Assembly: GCA_964016885.1 (NCBI GenBank)
Contig: OZ024743.1
Location: 57,288,001-57,352,000 of the forward strand
Origin: Eledone cirrhosa
Taxonomy: Eukaryota
Direction: 5' to 3'
DNA: 64,000 nt
Every line of letters begins with the position of its first letter. Within the stretch, counting starts at the first letter, position 1. The notes beneath the pieces are model-generated. The model was not told the DNA's origin, did no database searches, and saw only the letters and a program-made list of their open reading frames with translations. Both the position numbers and the translations under genes were made by a program. Shown here piece after piece: positions 37,255-49,600 of this stretch.

Positions 37255-38920
37255 TACAAGCAGCCAAAATCGTGTTCCTCCGAAGTGTCTTTGGAGTAAT
37301 GTTATTTGATAGAGTGCATAGCTCGGAGATCAGAGAGTTGCTCAAGGTAGAGCCACTACTCCGAATTGAGAGAGCACAGCTCTGATACTATGGGTATGTA
37401 GTTAGATTGTCTCAGGAAAGAATCGCTGGACAGATTTTACGAGCAAAACCAACCGGCAAGAGACACAGGAGTAGATCCCGAGCAAGATGGTTGGATAATA
37501 TCCACGAGCTTGGTTGGTTTCGATTCTGACAGGACCCACTGGAAGGAGTGTTTGAGGACTTTGCCCTCACGACCCTCTCAGGACTAAGTGGGCGAAGAAG
37601 AAGAAATATCTATTTATTTATTTACTTAAAAAAGGGTGGGTGGGTGGGGGGGGGGGGATGAGAATGTTTTAATCATAGAGAAATTTCCTTCTTAAGCCTC
37701 CTCGCTAAAGTCTATGATAAGTGCCTGGTAAAGAAGTGTTGGGATATTGTCGAACCCAAACTTGCAGACGAATAGCGTGGTTTTCGCTCCGGACATAACA
37801 GAGCTGACCAAATATTTACTCTGCAGAATGTCATGCAACTATTATCAAAAGGTATATGATTCATTCATGTACCTCGAAAAAGCAAATAATCACCTTCCAC
37901 GCAACTTGTTCTGTAAAGTTTTGCAGGAGTATTGGATCGACGGCCAATTCTTTTCTTGTCTTGAAGCTCCTATACGAATGCCCTAGTATTTGTGTTCGAA
38001 TAAATGGTGCTAAGTCTTGTGTGTGTGTCGAATGTAGGTGTCATACTCCGATAAGGGTACATATTGTCACCTCTCCTATTCATAATCTCTATGAACAGTA
38101 TTGACACGCGCAGCTGAGTTGGGAGTGGTATCAAAACCGGTGGATGTTGGATTAGTCGGTTGATATTTGCAAACGACATAGTGCTACATAACTTTTTGGA
38201 AGGTGATCTTGGACATGCACTTGATCAGTTTGCTGCCGATTGCTCGGTAGCACGAATGAAAATCAGTTTTGCGAAGACTGGGACGTCCATTCTTACAAGA
38301 AATCCGACACAGAGCATTCAGTATGTGAATGGAGTTCCTCTGAAACAGGCGAAGAATTTCAAGTATCTTGACATCATTTTCACGGGTAATGGAAGGCATC
38401 AGGTGGAATTAAATGCAACAATTGCTGGAGCTGGTACAGTAATGCGCCAGCTTCAGCACTCGGCCATCAGAAGAGGAGTATATTTAAATGCCAAACTCAC
38501 CATCTCCGGTTCGGTGTTCGGGCCTACTCATACCATAGTCACGAATCTTAGGTAATGACCGATAAAATGTAATCGTGAATACAAGAGGTTTACATGAATT
38601 TCTCCGAATGGTCTTTAGAGTAGCGTTAATCGATAGAGTGCATAGCTCGGAAATTAGGACGATGTTCATGTTAGAGCCTTTGCTTCTCTTATCGAGCGAT
38701 CACAGTTCCCGTACTACAGACATGTGGTTAGAATGTCCAAGGAATGAAACGCTAGACAAGTTTCACAGGTAAAGCCAACCGGTAGGAGACCCAAAGAAGA
38801 CGATGAGCAAGATGGTTGGATAACATCCATGAGCCTTGTTGATTTCACTAGGGGTTCCAGCCGGATCTATTGGAATCAGTTGCTTCTGATAGAAGAAGAT
38901 GACGAAGAAGTAGAAGAACA
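37255..38920 (+). mobile_element. Degraded RTE-clade non-LTR fragments (3' end at 37255-37606; RT to 3' end at 37680-38920)
   Basis: Motifs include LIFANDIV (YADD region), MKISFAKT, FKYL, an RPxGR..RW-like 3' motif and (GAA) tails. Confidence 0.75.
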
Positions 38921-39812
38921 GTCATCGTCAAAACCAACGGAAGTTCGCTCACACACATACACAAACACACATATTTGGGAGGTGACTATAATTTACAAGG
39001 ATACTTAAACCAGCGCTGAACTCTCCTTGCCTGCAGTTATGTGATAATTTGTGATAAGGTTACATAATATGTAAACAGGTTGTTAGAGTAAAATTGTATT
39101 ATTACAAAACTTAATGTAATTTAGTGAAGGTGCATGGTCCAGTGGTTAGATTGTTGGTCTCACGTGAGTTTGGGTGGCACGTTGTTTTCTTGAGCAAGAC
39201 ACTTTATTTCATGTTGTTTCAGCCACCTAAATTGGAAAAATTCACTTGAGACAATACTGTTGTAAAGCTGTACCAGCGATTGTCTTTCCCTTGGATAACA
39301 TTTATAGCATGGGGAGAAGAGATTAGTATGCATGGGTGACTGCTGGTCTCTCACAATACACTTTACCCAGGCATTGAAGAAGAACTTTCATTCATGACCG
39401 AAAGGGAGGTCTCACTGAATATTTGCATTACACGTATAAGGTGTAACAGCACACACCTACACACTCAAATAAAAAGAAATTTTAACATAAAGGCATCCAA
39501 TTCTACCTCCCGTGATGTGAATCTTTTGATATTTGCCTGTTTGTTGACTTTATTTCAATTTTCTAAACAGCAAGACATATTTCTTTGCTATTTGCAGCAA
39601 ATTAGCACCTCTCACCTCGCCGTTTGCTTCAAATTTAGTTTTTCAACACAAATCATTTGCACATGTGCACCTGATCTTTTTATTAAATTTTCATTGTGCC
39701 TCGAGTTACAGAAACGATTCGGATAATTGTCGCAGAGTTGCCACAATTGCTGGCCCCATCTCCGTTTTTAGATTTAGAGATAGAGGAATTTTTATCCTTT
39801 CTTTATTATTGC

Positions 39813-39867
<55 letters not shown>

Positions 39868-40719
39868 ACGAGTGGTAATTATAGTGTCGTGGTTGTTGCT
39901 GGTGTTATTGTTTCTGGTAGTGCAGTGTAGTCATTGCTGTTACTAGACTTGTACATACAACACCTTCATTACATTCACAACACACACAGACGACACATAC
40001 GGGGCGTTACACAAAATACATTTACAACATTTACAACACACACACAGAAGGCAAAAATAAAACAAAACAACACAAGCACATTTAGAACAATTAAAGTAAT
40101 AACATTTGATCAACAGAAGGAAGCAGCAACAATGGTATAGAAACCCACTTAGAGAAAATACTGCTACCATATTTGGTCTACAGAGAGAAACAGCAGCAAT
40201 AATGTACAAACACACCTGGAGAAAACACTGGTACCATAGTTTTCTTGTCGTATGACATTTTCATAATACCGAGGCAGGTTGAGACAGTCGTCATTTGCAG
40301 CGTTATGGATTGTCTCCAGGCCGCCGGGAAAACGTCTGAGGGGGCAATATCGAACAACACATTACTGTCTGGTCAGGGTCCTCACAGTCACATGCTGGGT
40401 TGTCTTTCATTTCCAGGGATGGTGATGATGGGTTCTTCTGGCATGTGTTGTGTGGATCCGATGAAGAGACCTATTGCTTTCTGAGAAGTCCAAACCGGGC
40501 CGGTTTAGATGTGAAGTCCTGGACGAGGTCTTGGTTGGCAACTTTGGAATCAATCCATGATTTTCGCTTCTCAAGTTAGTCTACAGAGAGAAAGAGCAAC
40601 GGTGGTGTACAAACATGCCGAGAGCAATCACAGATACCAAATTGGCCAACAGTTATTCGATAGGGTGCAGAGTCGCTCTATTTAGAGTCACTATTTCTCC
40701 GCATCTCTCAATGCGGAGA

Positions 40720-41151
40720 AGTACTACGGACACGTGGTTAGAATGTCAACTCCGGTACTAGGGACACGAGGTTAGAATGTCCAAGGAAAGAATCGCTGGA
40801 CAGATTTTACAGGAAAAGTCAAACGGCTGAAGACCTAGAGGTAGACTACGCGCACGATAGTCGGATAACATCCATAAGCTCGGTTGGTTACGCGTATGAA
40901 TCCATCCGGATCATTTGGAGATAGTTACTTTGATTGGACCTTCTGGAACGCATGTCAGAGTACTCCACACCACGACCCATTCAAGAATAAGAGGGCGAAG
41001 AAGAAGTGAAAACCACTATTTCCATAAGTTCGGTTGGGGTCGCTTGGGGATCCAGCTGCATCATTTGGAGATTGTTGCTTTTGATAAGACCCTCTGGAAG
41101 GCGTGTATGAAGAATCTGTCCCTACAACCCTCGCAAGACTAAGTGGATGAC

Positions 41152-41190
<39 letters not shown>
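40720..41190 (+). mobile_element. Tandem 3' fragments of the same RTE family with (GAA)/(GAT) tails
   Basis: Matches 37400-37600 (GGAAAGAATCGCTGGACAGATTTTAC and GACTAAGTGG). Confidence 0.65.
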
Positions 41191-41191
<1 letters not shown>

Positions 41192-42672
41192 TTGGTTAAA
41201 ATGATAATGGAGTGGTTGGTATATCTTTGCTGCACTCCACTTCTTCTTATCGTGTCCATCTCTCGATGTTCCGTAACTTTGTGGTTTGTAGCTTTCAGCG
41301 TCACGTTTGTCTGTTTTGTAGCTTATAACTGTTGCTTGTGGTGGTGACAGGATTAGCTGTATCTTGTTGATCTTGTCGATCTTATCCTGTTTTGACCCCT
41401 GTGCCCCACTGAGAGGTTAGTAAAAGCATTGTCACGAAGAATAATCTGTGATACACGCTGTAACAACCTTCTTCATTTCTGATATCCCATCATGGTTTGG
41501 TGCCGGAAAACTGCAGGAACCGAGGACACTGTAGGTTCTAATATATATTATACAGAGATATTTTAGAGAGCGTGTGAAGGTACGTGGCTTAGTAGTGAGG
41601 GTGTTTGGTGGCGTGTAGCTCCTTGAGCAAGGCACTATATTTCACATTTCTCCAGATCCCTTAACCGGAAAATGTAGTTGCCACTGTAATACAAAGGGCC
41701 ATCTTGGTAACACCATGTGGTGTCATGTTGAATCTCCCTGAGAACTATGTTAGTATCACGAGCAGGCTGGTTCCTTGGAATAGTCATCGAAGAAACAAAC
41801 ATACTTAAATCAATCACAGGTACACATTTGGCCAACAGAAAGCAACAGTATTATATTAGATCCATCATAGATGACACCAGCCTTAACATGACCCGCAACA
41901 CTCAAACAATGGAGTCATGACGTGTTAATAATTGTTTCTACTTTTGGCACAAGGCCTGCAATTACCCAGTGCATTACTGGTACATTATTTTATCGAACCC
42001 GTAAGGATGAAAGGCAAAGTTAACCTCGGCGGGATTTGAACTCAGTCCATAAAGGGACGTAACTCTACGCTGGAAAGTATGACGTCCGACTCTGTACCGA
42101 TACTGCCAATCCACTGTTAATAATGGTTTCGTATATAGGCACAACCCAGCAATTTTGGAGCTTTATTTTGTCGACCCCTAAGGATGAAAGGCAAAGTTAA
42201 CCTCGACGGGATTTGAACTCAGACCGTAAAGGGACGTAACTATGCTAGAAAGCATGGCGTTCAACCCTCTACCGATACTGCCAATAATAATAGCCAAATG
42301 TCTCTCATAAATGAAACGCCTATACTCGTGTGTTTGCTCGATCAAGGTTGATATTTTCTTAGCTACACTAACTTCAACTCCTTTAAATAACGAAGGATGT
42401 AGCAAAGTTAAAGTTCGGGGGTAGAAGACACAGTGGGAAAAGGCCATCGATAGCATCACATGATGTGACAAAAGGTCTTTGACAATTGCGTAATTAAATT
42501 ACTTGATTAATAATTTAACTGAAAGGAATCTCAGCCGATACGTGTGTTCTATTTGGCACCGTAACCCTCCACAGTACAACAATATCAGTTTTAGCATACG
42601 TAGCATAACATTTTACACCAAGAACCACACACACAGACATATATATAAATACATATATATATATATGTGAAT

Positions 42673-42780
<108 letters not shown>

Positions 42781-42840
42781 TTGTATATGTAAAAAAAAAT
42801 ATACATACATATATAAACACTCACACACAGACAAACACAA

Positions 42841-42877
<37 letters not shown>

Positions 42878-43058
42878 AAGATATTAATTGAACGTTCACT
42901 AACGAGTCTCACGCTGTACACTCAACAAACAATCAGACTCAAAGTCAAATACAACAGTTCTCTTACTATGATTATTTAAATATTCAGTACAACCTACATT
43001 GCATCTACACACACACACACAAGCATATGTACGGGCACACATGTAGGCACACACACAC

Positions 43059-43096
<38 letters not shown>

Positions 43097-43264
43097 ACAC
43101 AAGCAAATGCATACATATATACAAAACCGTATACGCATATATATATATATATATGAATATATATATATATATATGTGTATCTTTCTCACTCTCTCTCTCT
43201 CTCTCTATATATATATGTGTGTATATATATATATACATATGTATATATATATATATATATGTAG

Positions 43265-43327
<63 letters not shown>

Positions 43328-43902
43328 CACACACACGCACACACATGTATAGAGATATACATCTATATGTATATATATATTAAGTAAATTAAACACAAGT
43401 TTGTTGGATGAGAGAGAACATTCGAAGAATTTAAAGAATGCAACTTGATAATTGGAAGCTATTTTCTGATGTAATGCAATTTCTTGGCATTTCTTTTTCT
43501 TTTTCTATCTTTCTATGCAGATAGTTTCTCGGAGGTATTGATTATCTTCCGACATGATTCCTATAGGAAACTGGCAAATTTCGGAATTTTCTGATTGCAA
43601 ATCAAAGATGACATTCCCTCTTTTGTATTAGTCGATTCCCCGGAATTATAATGGTGAATTGTTTTCTCGCAACGCTGTTCTCTGCCGCTGGGTATTGCTA
43701 ATGGCAATATCTCAATATAAATGAACGCTATAATAGATAGAAATAAAGGAGTCTTTTTTTTATTCCTGAAATTCTTAGTACTGCTAAATGAATTTCAATC
43801 GACTGGCTTGTCACCTAATCCTATTCCTACACTGGTTTAGACCTTTGTAGTGAAGGCGCATGATTTAGTGGTTAGGGTATAGATATGATGCATAGAACCA
43901 TA

Positions 43903-43957
<55 letters not shown>

Positions 43958-43983
43958 CACCCCTATATATATATATATATATA

Positions 43984-44145
43984 GGAAAAAGGTTAACCCC
44001 AACGGCAGAGCTCAAGCCGTTTCGACGGCTATTTCAGAAATAGCCGTCGAAACGGCTTGAGCTCTGCCGTCGGGGTTAAGCTTTTTCCTATTACCCACTC
44101 TACAACCCTAAGTATTGAGTACTCTGGTTCCTTACCACACTTCCT

Positions 44146-44148
<3 letters not shown>
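43984..44148 (+). mobile_element. Palindromic truncated copy of the hammerhead-bearing PLE-like family, in (TA)n
   Basis: Inverted arms of about 52 bp plus a tail ending CCTTCG. Homologous to 58115-58250 and 59955-60006. Confidence 0.8.
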
Positions 44149-44182
<34 letters not shown>

Positions 44183-44219
44183 GCACACACACATACACTC
44201 ACACATATATACTTAAACC

Positions 44220-44296
<77 letters not shown>

Positions 44297-45617
44297 CATG
44301 CACATACACACACACATGCACGCACACACATATATGTGTATATATCTAAGACCATGAATTGTCTTGTACGCAAATACAAGCAAAGTTATATCAAAGTAAA
44401 CCACGAAACCAACCAAACGTAAACGATAAACTTATGCTTGGCACCAAACACCAGATGCAAACCATTTAGGGAAGAGTTAAACCACGTTCGTCCTTCTAAC
44501 TATATGTCCCCCCACCCACTAAACCAACCATTCACTCGCATCAATTACTGGTATGGGGAAAATGGACTTCAACATACTGCAGCCGTCTTACTACTTAGTT
44601 TCTTTTTAATAATCTTATGCGACTACAACTCCATTACGTAATTTGCTATGTAACTCACGCATAACTTGTACTACCCTGAGGAACTTCTACTGATCTAACC
44701 CCCTTACAAACCTGGCCCAGTACACAACCACGCAGCGATTCTAATCCTATGATGAACTATTAAGATCCAAACCGACCAAATTTATCTGAGACACTACAAT
44801 CCATATCAATTGATTCGAAACCATTACCCTTTAAACGAACCTACAAACCCGAGAGGGAAAGAAGTAAAGACGTATGTCTAGTCATTAAATAGTCGAATGA
44901 ATACGACTACAATCCTTACGAAACAATTGCATAAATAATATAAATAGTTAAACAGATAGAAGCAAATAAAACACAAGACACAAATCCTTTACGAAATAAA
45001 GCACCTTAGCCACAGGCTAACATAGAACGAACGAAACTATTGAGCATAAACCGTAATTCGAAAGATAATAGATAGAAGTGAATGAGCGTGTAACGAACAC
45101 CCTACTCGAATCTTAATACTACCGAACCAATAAAGAAAAGCGTAGAATAATTACTTAATATCAATTTACCTGTAAATATATACGTGTAATCCAACGCTTC
45201 ATATTAACATATGTTGAGAATACTACTTCCTTAAGACATCTCTCTAGGAGAAGGTTACTCTGATATAAAAATCATACAACCTCGTTTATATCCAATGATG
45301 TAGACCAGTTATTCTTTTGGGGCAAATGCATTCGATGTTCAGAGAGTGGGATTGGCCTCGGACAAAGCCTTTCCTCACTTAAAAAACTTCAAGCACAGGC
45401 ATCGCTTGATATGTGACATTTTTTGTGATTCATGGTATTGCTAGCCACAGACAAGTCCCTAGCATGACTAAAAAGCCACGTCCGTTATGTTCATGCTTAA
45501 GTATAAAGTGATGGCATTACTCGAAATCGAGTTGCAGCCTTGACACACACCTGTACATGTGTGTGTGTGTCTGTGTGTATATATATGTGTGTGTGTGTAT
45601 ATAAATATATATGTGTG

Positions 45618-46020
45618 TGTAACTGAACAAAAAGGAAAAACGAGCACAGACACATATATATATATGTGTTCAAATCGTAATGAACCAAAATCGCTAAGGT
45701 GAAAAAATACTAACTACAGACGATAGGGTTTGCTAGACTCAAAAGCATCCGCCACTTTGTTTCCATGTTTATTTATCGTTTCGCTTTCGAATCTTCCTCC
45801 AGTATTTCGTCGTTTTATCATCAAAATGGGTGATGGTAGTTACCACAATACTGGTTTGTATTTACTTTTCTTAATTTATTCTTAAATTGAGTCTAGCAAA
45901 CCCTATTGTCTGTAGTTAGTAATTTTTTCACCTTAGCGCTTTTGGTCCATTACGATTTGAACACATATATATATATGTCTGTGTTCGTTTTTCCTTTTTC
46001 CTTTTTGTTCAGTTATATAC
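45618..46020. repeat. About 125-bp inverted repeat; its spacer segment is duplicated directly at 46389-46470
   Basis: 45618-45742 is the reverse complement of 45887-46018, and 45740-45821 is identical to 46389-46470. Confidence 0.8.
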
Positions 46021-46686
46021 GGCTCGGAAAAATCTTTTTCCTAAAGCTAATTTACTGTAATGAGACTATTTTGAGTTTCTAACTCAATACATGCTTTTGA
46101 TATGTGTGTGTATATATATAAATATATCTGTTAGACACGCAGTGACTAACGACAGAATGTTTTAAGTCTGTGTGTCTAATCTGTTAGACACACAGTGACT
46201 AACAACAGAATGCTTTAAGTCTGTGTGTCTGTTGTGATGACTGACATACATGCCTAGCTTGTGAATACAAATTTCAAGGGGTATCGCTGGCCGTGGTGAT
46301 GCCTCCCAAACATCTTTTGTAATGTATCGTCTTATTGGCTAATTTCATCGTCTTATTCGCTAATCAACCAACGAGAGTAATTGTTGTTCAAAAGCATCCG
46401 CCACTTTGTTTCCATGTTTATTTATCGTTTCGCTTTCGAATCTTCCTCCAGTATTTCGTCGTTTTATCATAAAAATAAGTTATATTGTTAATTTATATAT
46501 GATTCTTTAAATTTATATTAACTATTAAAAGTCTGAAAATATTTTTATACTTCTTGCAATAATATTTATAAGATCATTTATAAAATAACAATTATATAAT
46601 CTAATTACATTACAACGATAATTTATTATTAATATATATCATGTTTAACTAGAGTTATTACAAGCGTTGCCTTAAAAAAATATTAA

Positions 46687-49600
46687 ACTAGACCAGAAAA
46701 ATGCGCAAGCTCAAAAGAGCCACAGAATGTTATAATAAACCTTCAAAAGTGTGGGACTAGAGTTGTTGCTCAAAAATATTGTAAACATTATCTATCGTAC
46801 ACTAACATACATACACATGAAAAAGACATGAACAACTCCACAGATACATCTACACATAAAGTTTCACCTCGTCAAGGAACTGAGATTTCCAACACCGAGG
46901 CTAACAACGATAACAACAACAACCACAGCAACACCACACCAAAAAAAGAAAATGTCTTTCGCTGAACAGTGAACAAAAAACAAGATTTTATAAATCTTGA
47001 CATCTTCAATGCAAGAGATGTGCTCCAGCAAGGGAGAAAATTTGTAACTTTCGAAGAGAAGGGTGGGTTTAGAATTAAATCACCCCTTGAAATAAAGGAA
47101 GACACAGTTAGAAGATCAGTGACCTTTAGGACTGTGTCCAATTCCACGAGAAAGCCATTATTTGTTAGTCAAGCAGATATAGAAGCTACTTTCAAGGAAA
47201 TTCTAGCAAATATCGACTTTCTCCAACGAGGAAAACCGTACGGAAACACTTCCGTACTGTTTAAAAGCGAGGCAATTGCCCCAAAACATTCTGTGACACC
47301 AATGGTGTCAAAAGCATTCACCTTTTTCCCTACATACATGGGAAAAAGGACTAAAAAACTAAAAATAAAAAATATACCCCCAAACATTAACATCTGGTCG
47401 ATGTTGGCTGGCTTCCTAGAGACAGAAACTGATATGATTCTTTCGATACGAAAGTCTATTCGACAAAGGTGGGTGGGTACTGATTTGGAGATTCTGTTGC
47501 AAATGAGGCCGGAGAGAATCTCCAAAATACCCGAAAGAGTCGTCATCGATGATAACAACAAAATAAACATTTCGGTAGAAGGACGAAAATTTCATTGCTT
47601 TCGCTGTGGTAGCACAGCACACCTAAAAGCCTCTTGTCCTTCACAAACACACCACAACAACATCATTAAAAAAACACTATTACTAACACCAACACCAAAA
47701 CAACCACCACCACCACAAGTACAACGACAGACGAAACAAGCAACCACACCAAAACAAACAGCCACTCAACCAACAACAACAGAAAAAACAGAGACAACAC
47801 CCCTGAAGAACACAGCCCCACCCATCCCACTCCATCAAACACTACCACAAACACACACACCGAAACACCACCACCACACAACATACCCCTACCCCACACT
47901 CCTGACGATGATTATTCATCGACGGATGAAGCTGCTTCTCCTTCTTTAAGTGAAGAAGAGGGAGAGCCGCGGAAATCTAAAAAACAAAAAAGAAGAGACA
48001 CCACAAAACCCCCAAAACTCCAATCACCAACGCCAACACACAACCACAGACACAAACAACAACACAAACAACATCACAGTCAAACATCCCCCTATCAGCA
48101 AAACCAACACCAATACCACCCCAAACACAAGCACCCACCATAAAAAGAAAACTCCCGGACGAACAACAAACTAAAACAACACAACAAAAACACAAACAAC
48201 AATACGCATACATCAACACAAACAACAAGAGTTTGATGGAGGTCATCTCCCAAAACCCCAAGGTGGAGACGGAGGGCAAAACTTTCGTTAAGTCAGAATT
48301 GTCTCCACACCTTAAACTTATAAGGATTTCTATGGGAACCTATAATGACCTGAAAAATAAATTTTCACAGGACGTGGGCAACCCTTGCCAGAAACCCATC
48401 AATCGCGTCCTGTTAAAATGTTTCCCCACCCCACCCAACACCCCATCCAGCACCCAAATGGAGATTGAACAACCCGATCTCCAGGAAACGAAAAAGTAAG
48501 TGCACCTTTCGTCCTTTTTCTTCAACTCTTCTTCACCAACATGGCTAGTTTACGAGTTGGAAGCGTGAATGTGCGTGGCCTAGGGATGCCCTGGAAACAG
48601 GGCCAACTTTTAAACGACCTTAGGTTACACGGTATGGATGTGATAGCCATCACCGAGTCCAGAATCCACAACAGGCAGCAACTAACCCCCATCTTCGACG
48701 ACTTTGAGATCTACGCATCTCTCTGTCAGCCAGGAGGTGGAGGTGGAGTGGCTGTCATGTTTCGGAAGAACCTGTACGTCGAATTACAGCAAGTACACTT
48801 GGACCCGGAGGGTAGACTGGTAGTCCTAGACGTGAACAGTATTGGTGGTGGAGCCTTCAGACTGGTGGCCGTTTATGCCCCGACCGGGCAATCGCAATCA
48901 CGGCCAGACTTCTTTAAGCGTCTAGAGTCTTTTCTGGGAACGTCTCGCTCCTTACTTTTAGTGGGGGACTGGAATGGTATCCTAGATGCAAGATGGGACT
49001 ATGTGGGAGCATGTCCCAGTAGAGGGGGGTGCAACAGCCTCAAAACTTTAATCGGCCAATTCCAACTGGCCGATAGGTATCGACTGGATTTCCCGACTGC
49101 ACCACAGTGGATGTGGGCAAACCGCAGCGGGACATCTAGATCGTATTTAGATAGGGTCTTCATTAGAGAAAGGGACAAGGAGATGTTAAGTTGTCCACGA
49201 ATGCACATGGTTGCCTATTCAGATCACACATTAGTCGTCTGCTTAGTCAACCGTGATAGAACACATAAACAAAGACCCGGATAATAGAAGCTGAACGTGT
49301 CATTGCCGGTACGTAAAGCTTACAGTGAACGGATAAGTAGACTAGTAAAGCAACAATTAACGGAGCCATCGTCAACAATAGATGGTGGTACTCTCTCAAG
49401 AAAGCAATTAGAATAGAATCGATAGGGTTTAGCAGAGAGTTAGCCTTAGAGAAAAACAAACTAGAAAGAGAACTAGTAGCCAAGGTAGAGGAAGCACTTA
49501 GAAGTGGCAACGCGGCTAGAGTGTTAGCGTCGAGAACGGCACTGGACCAGTTCTTTGATGCAAAACACGAAGGCTGCGTGGTCAGAAGCAAAACACGTGC

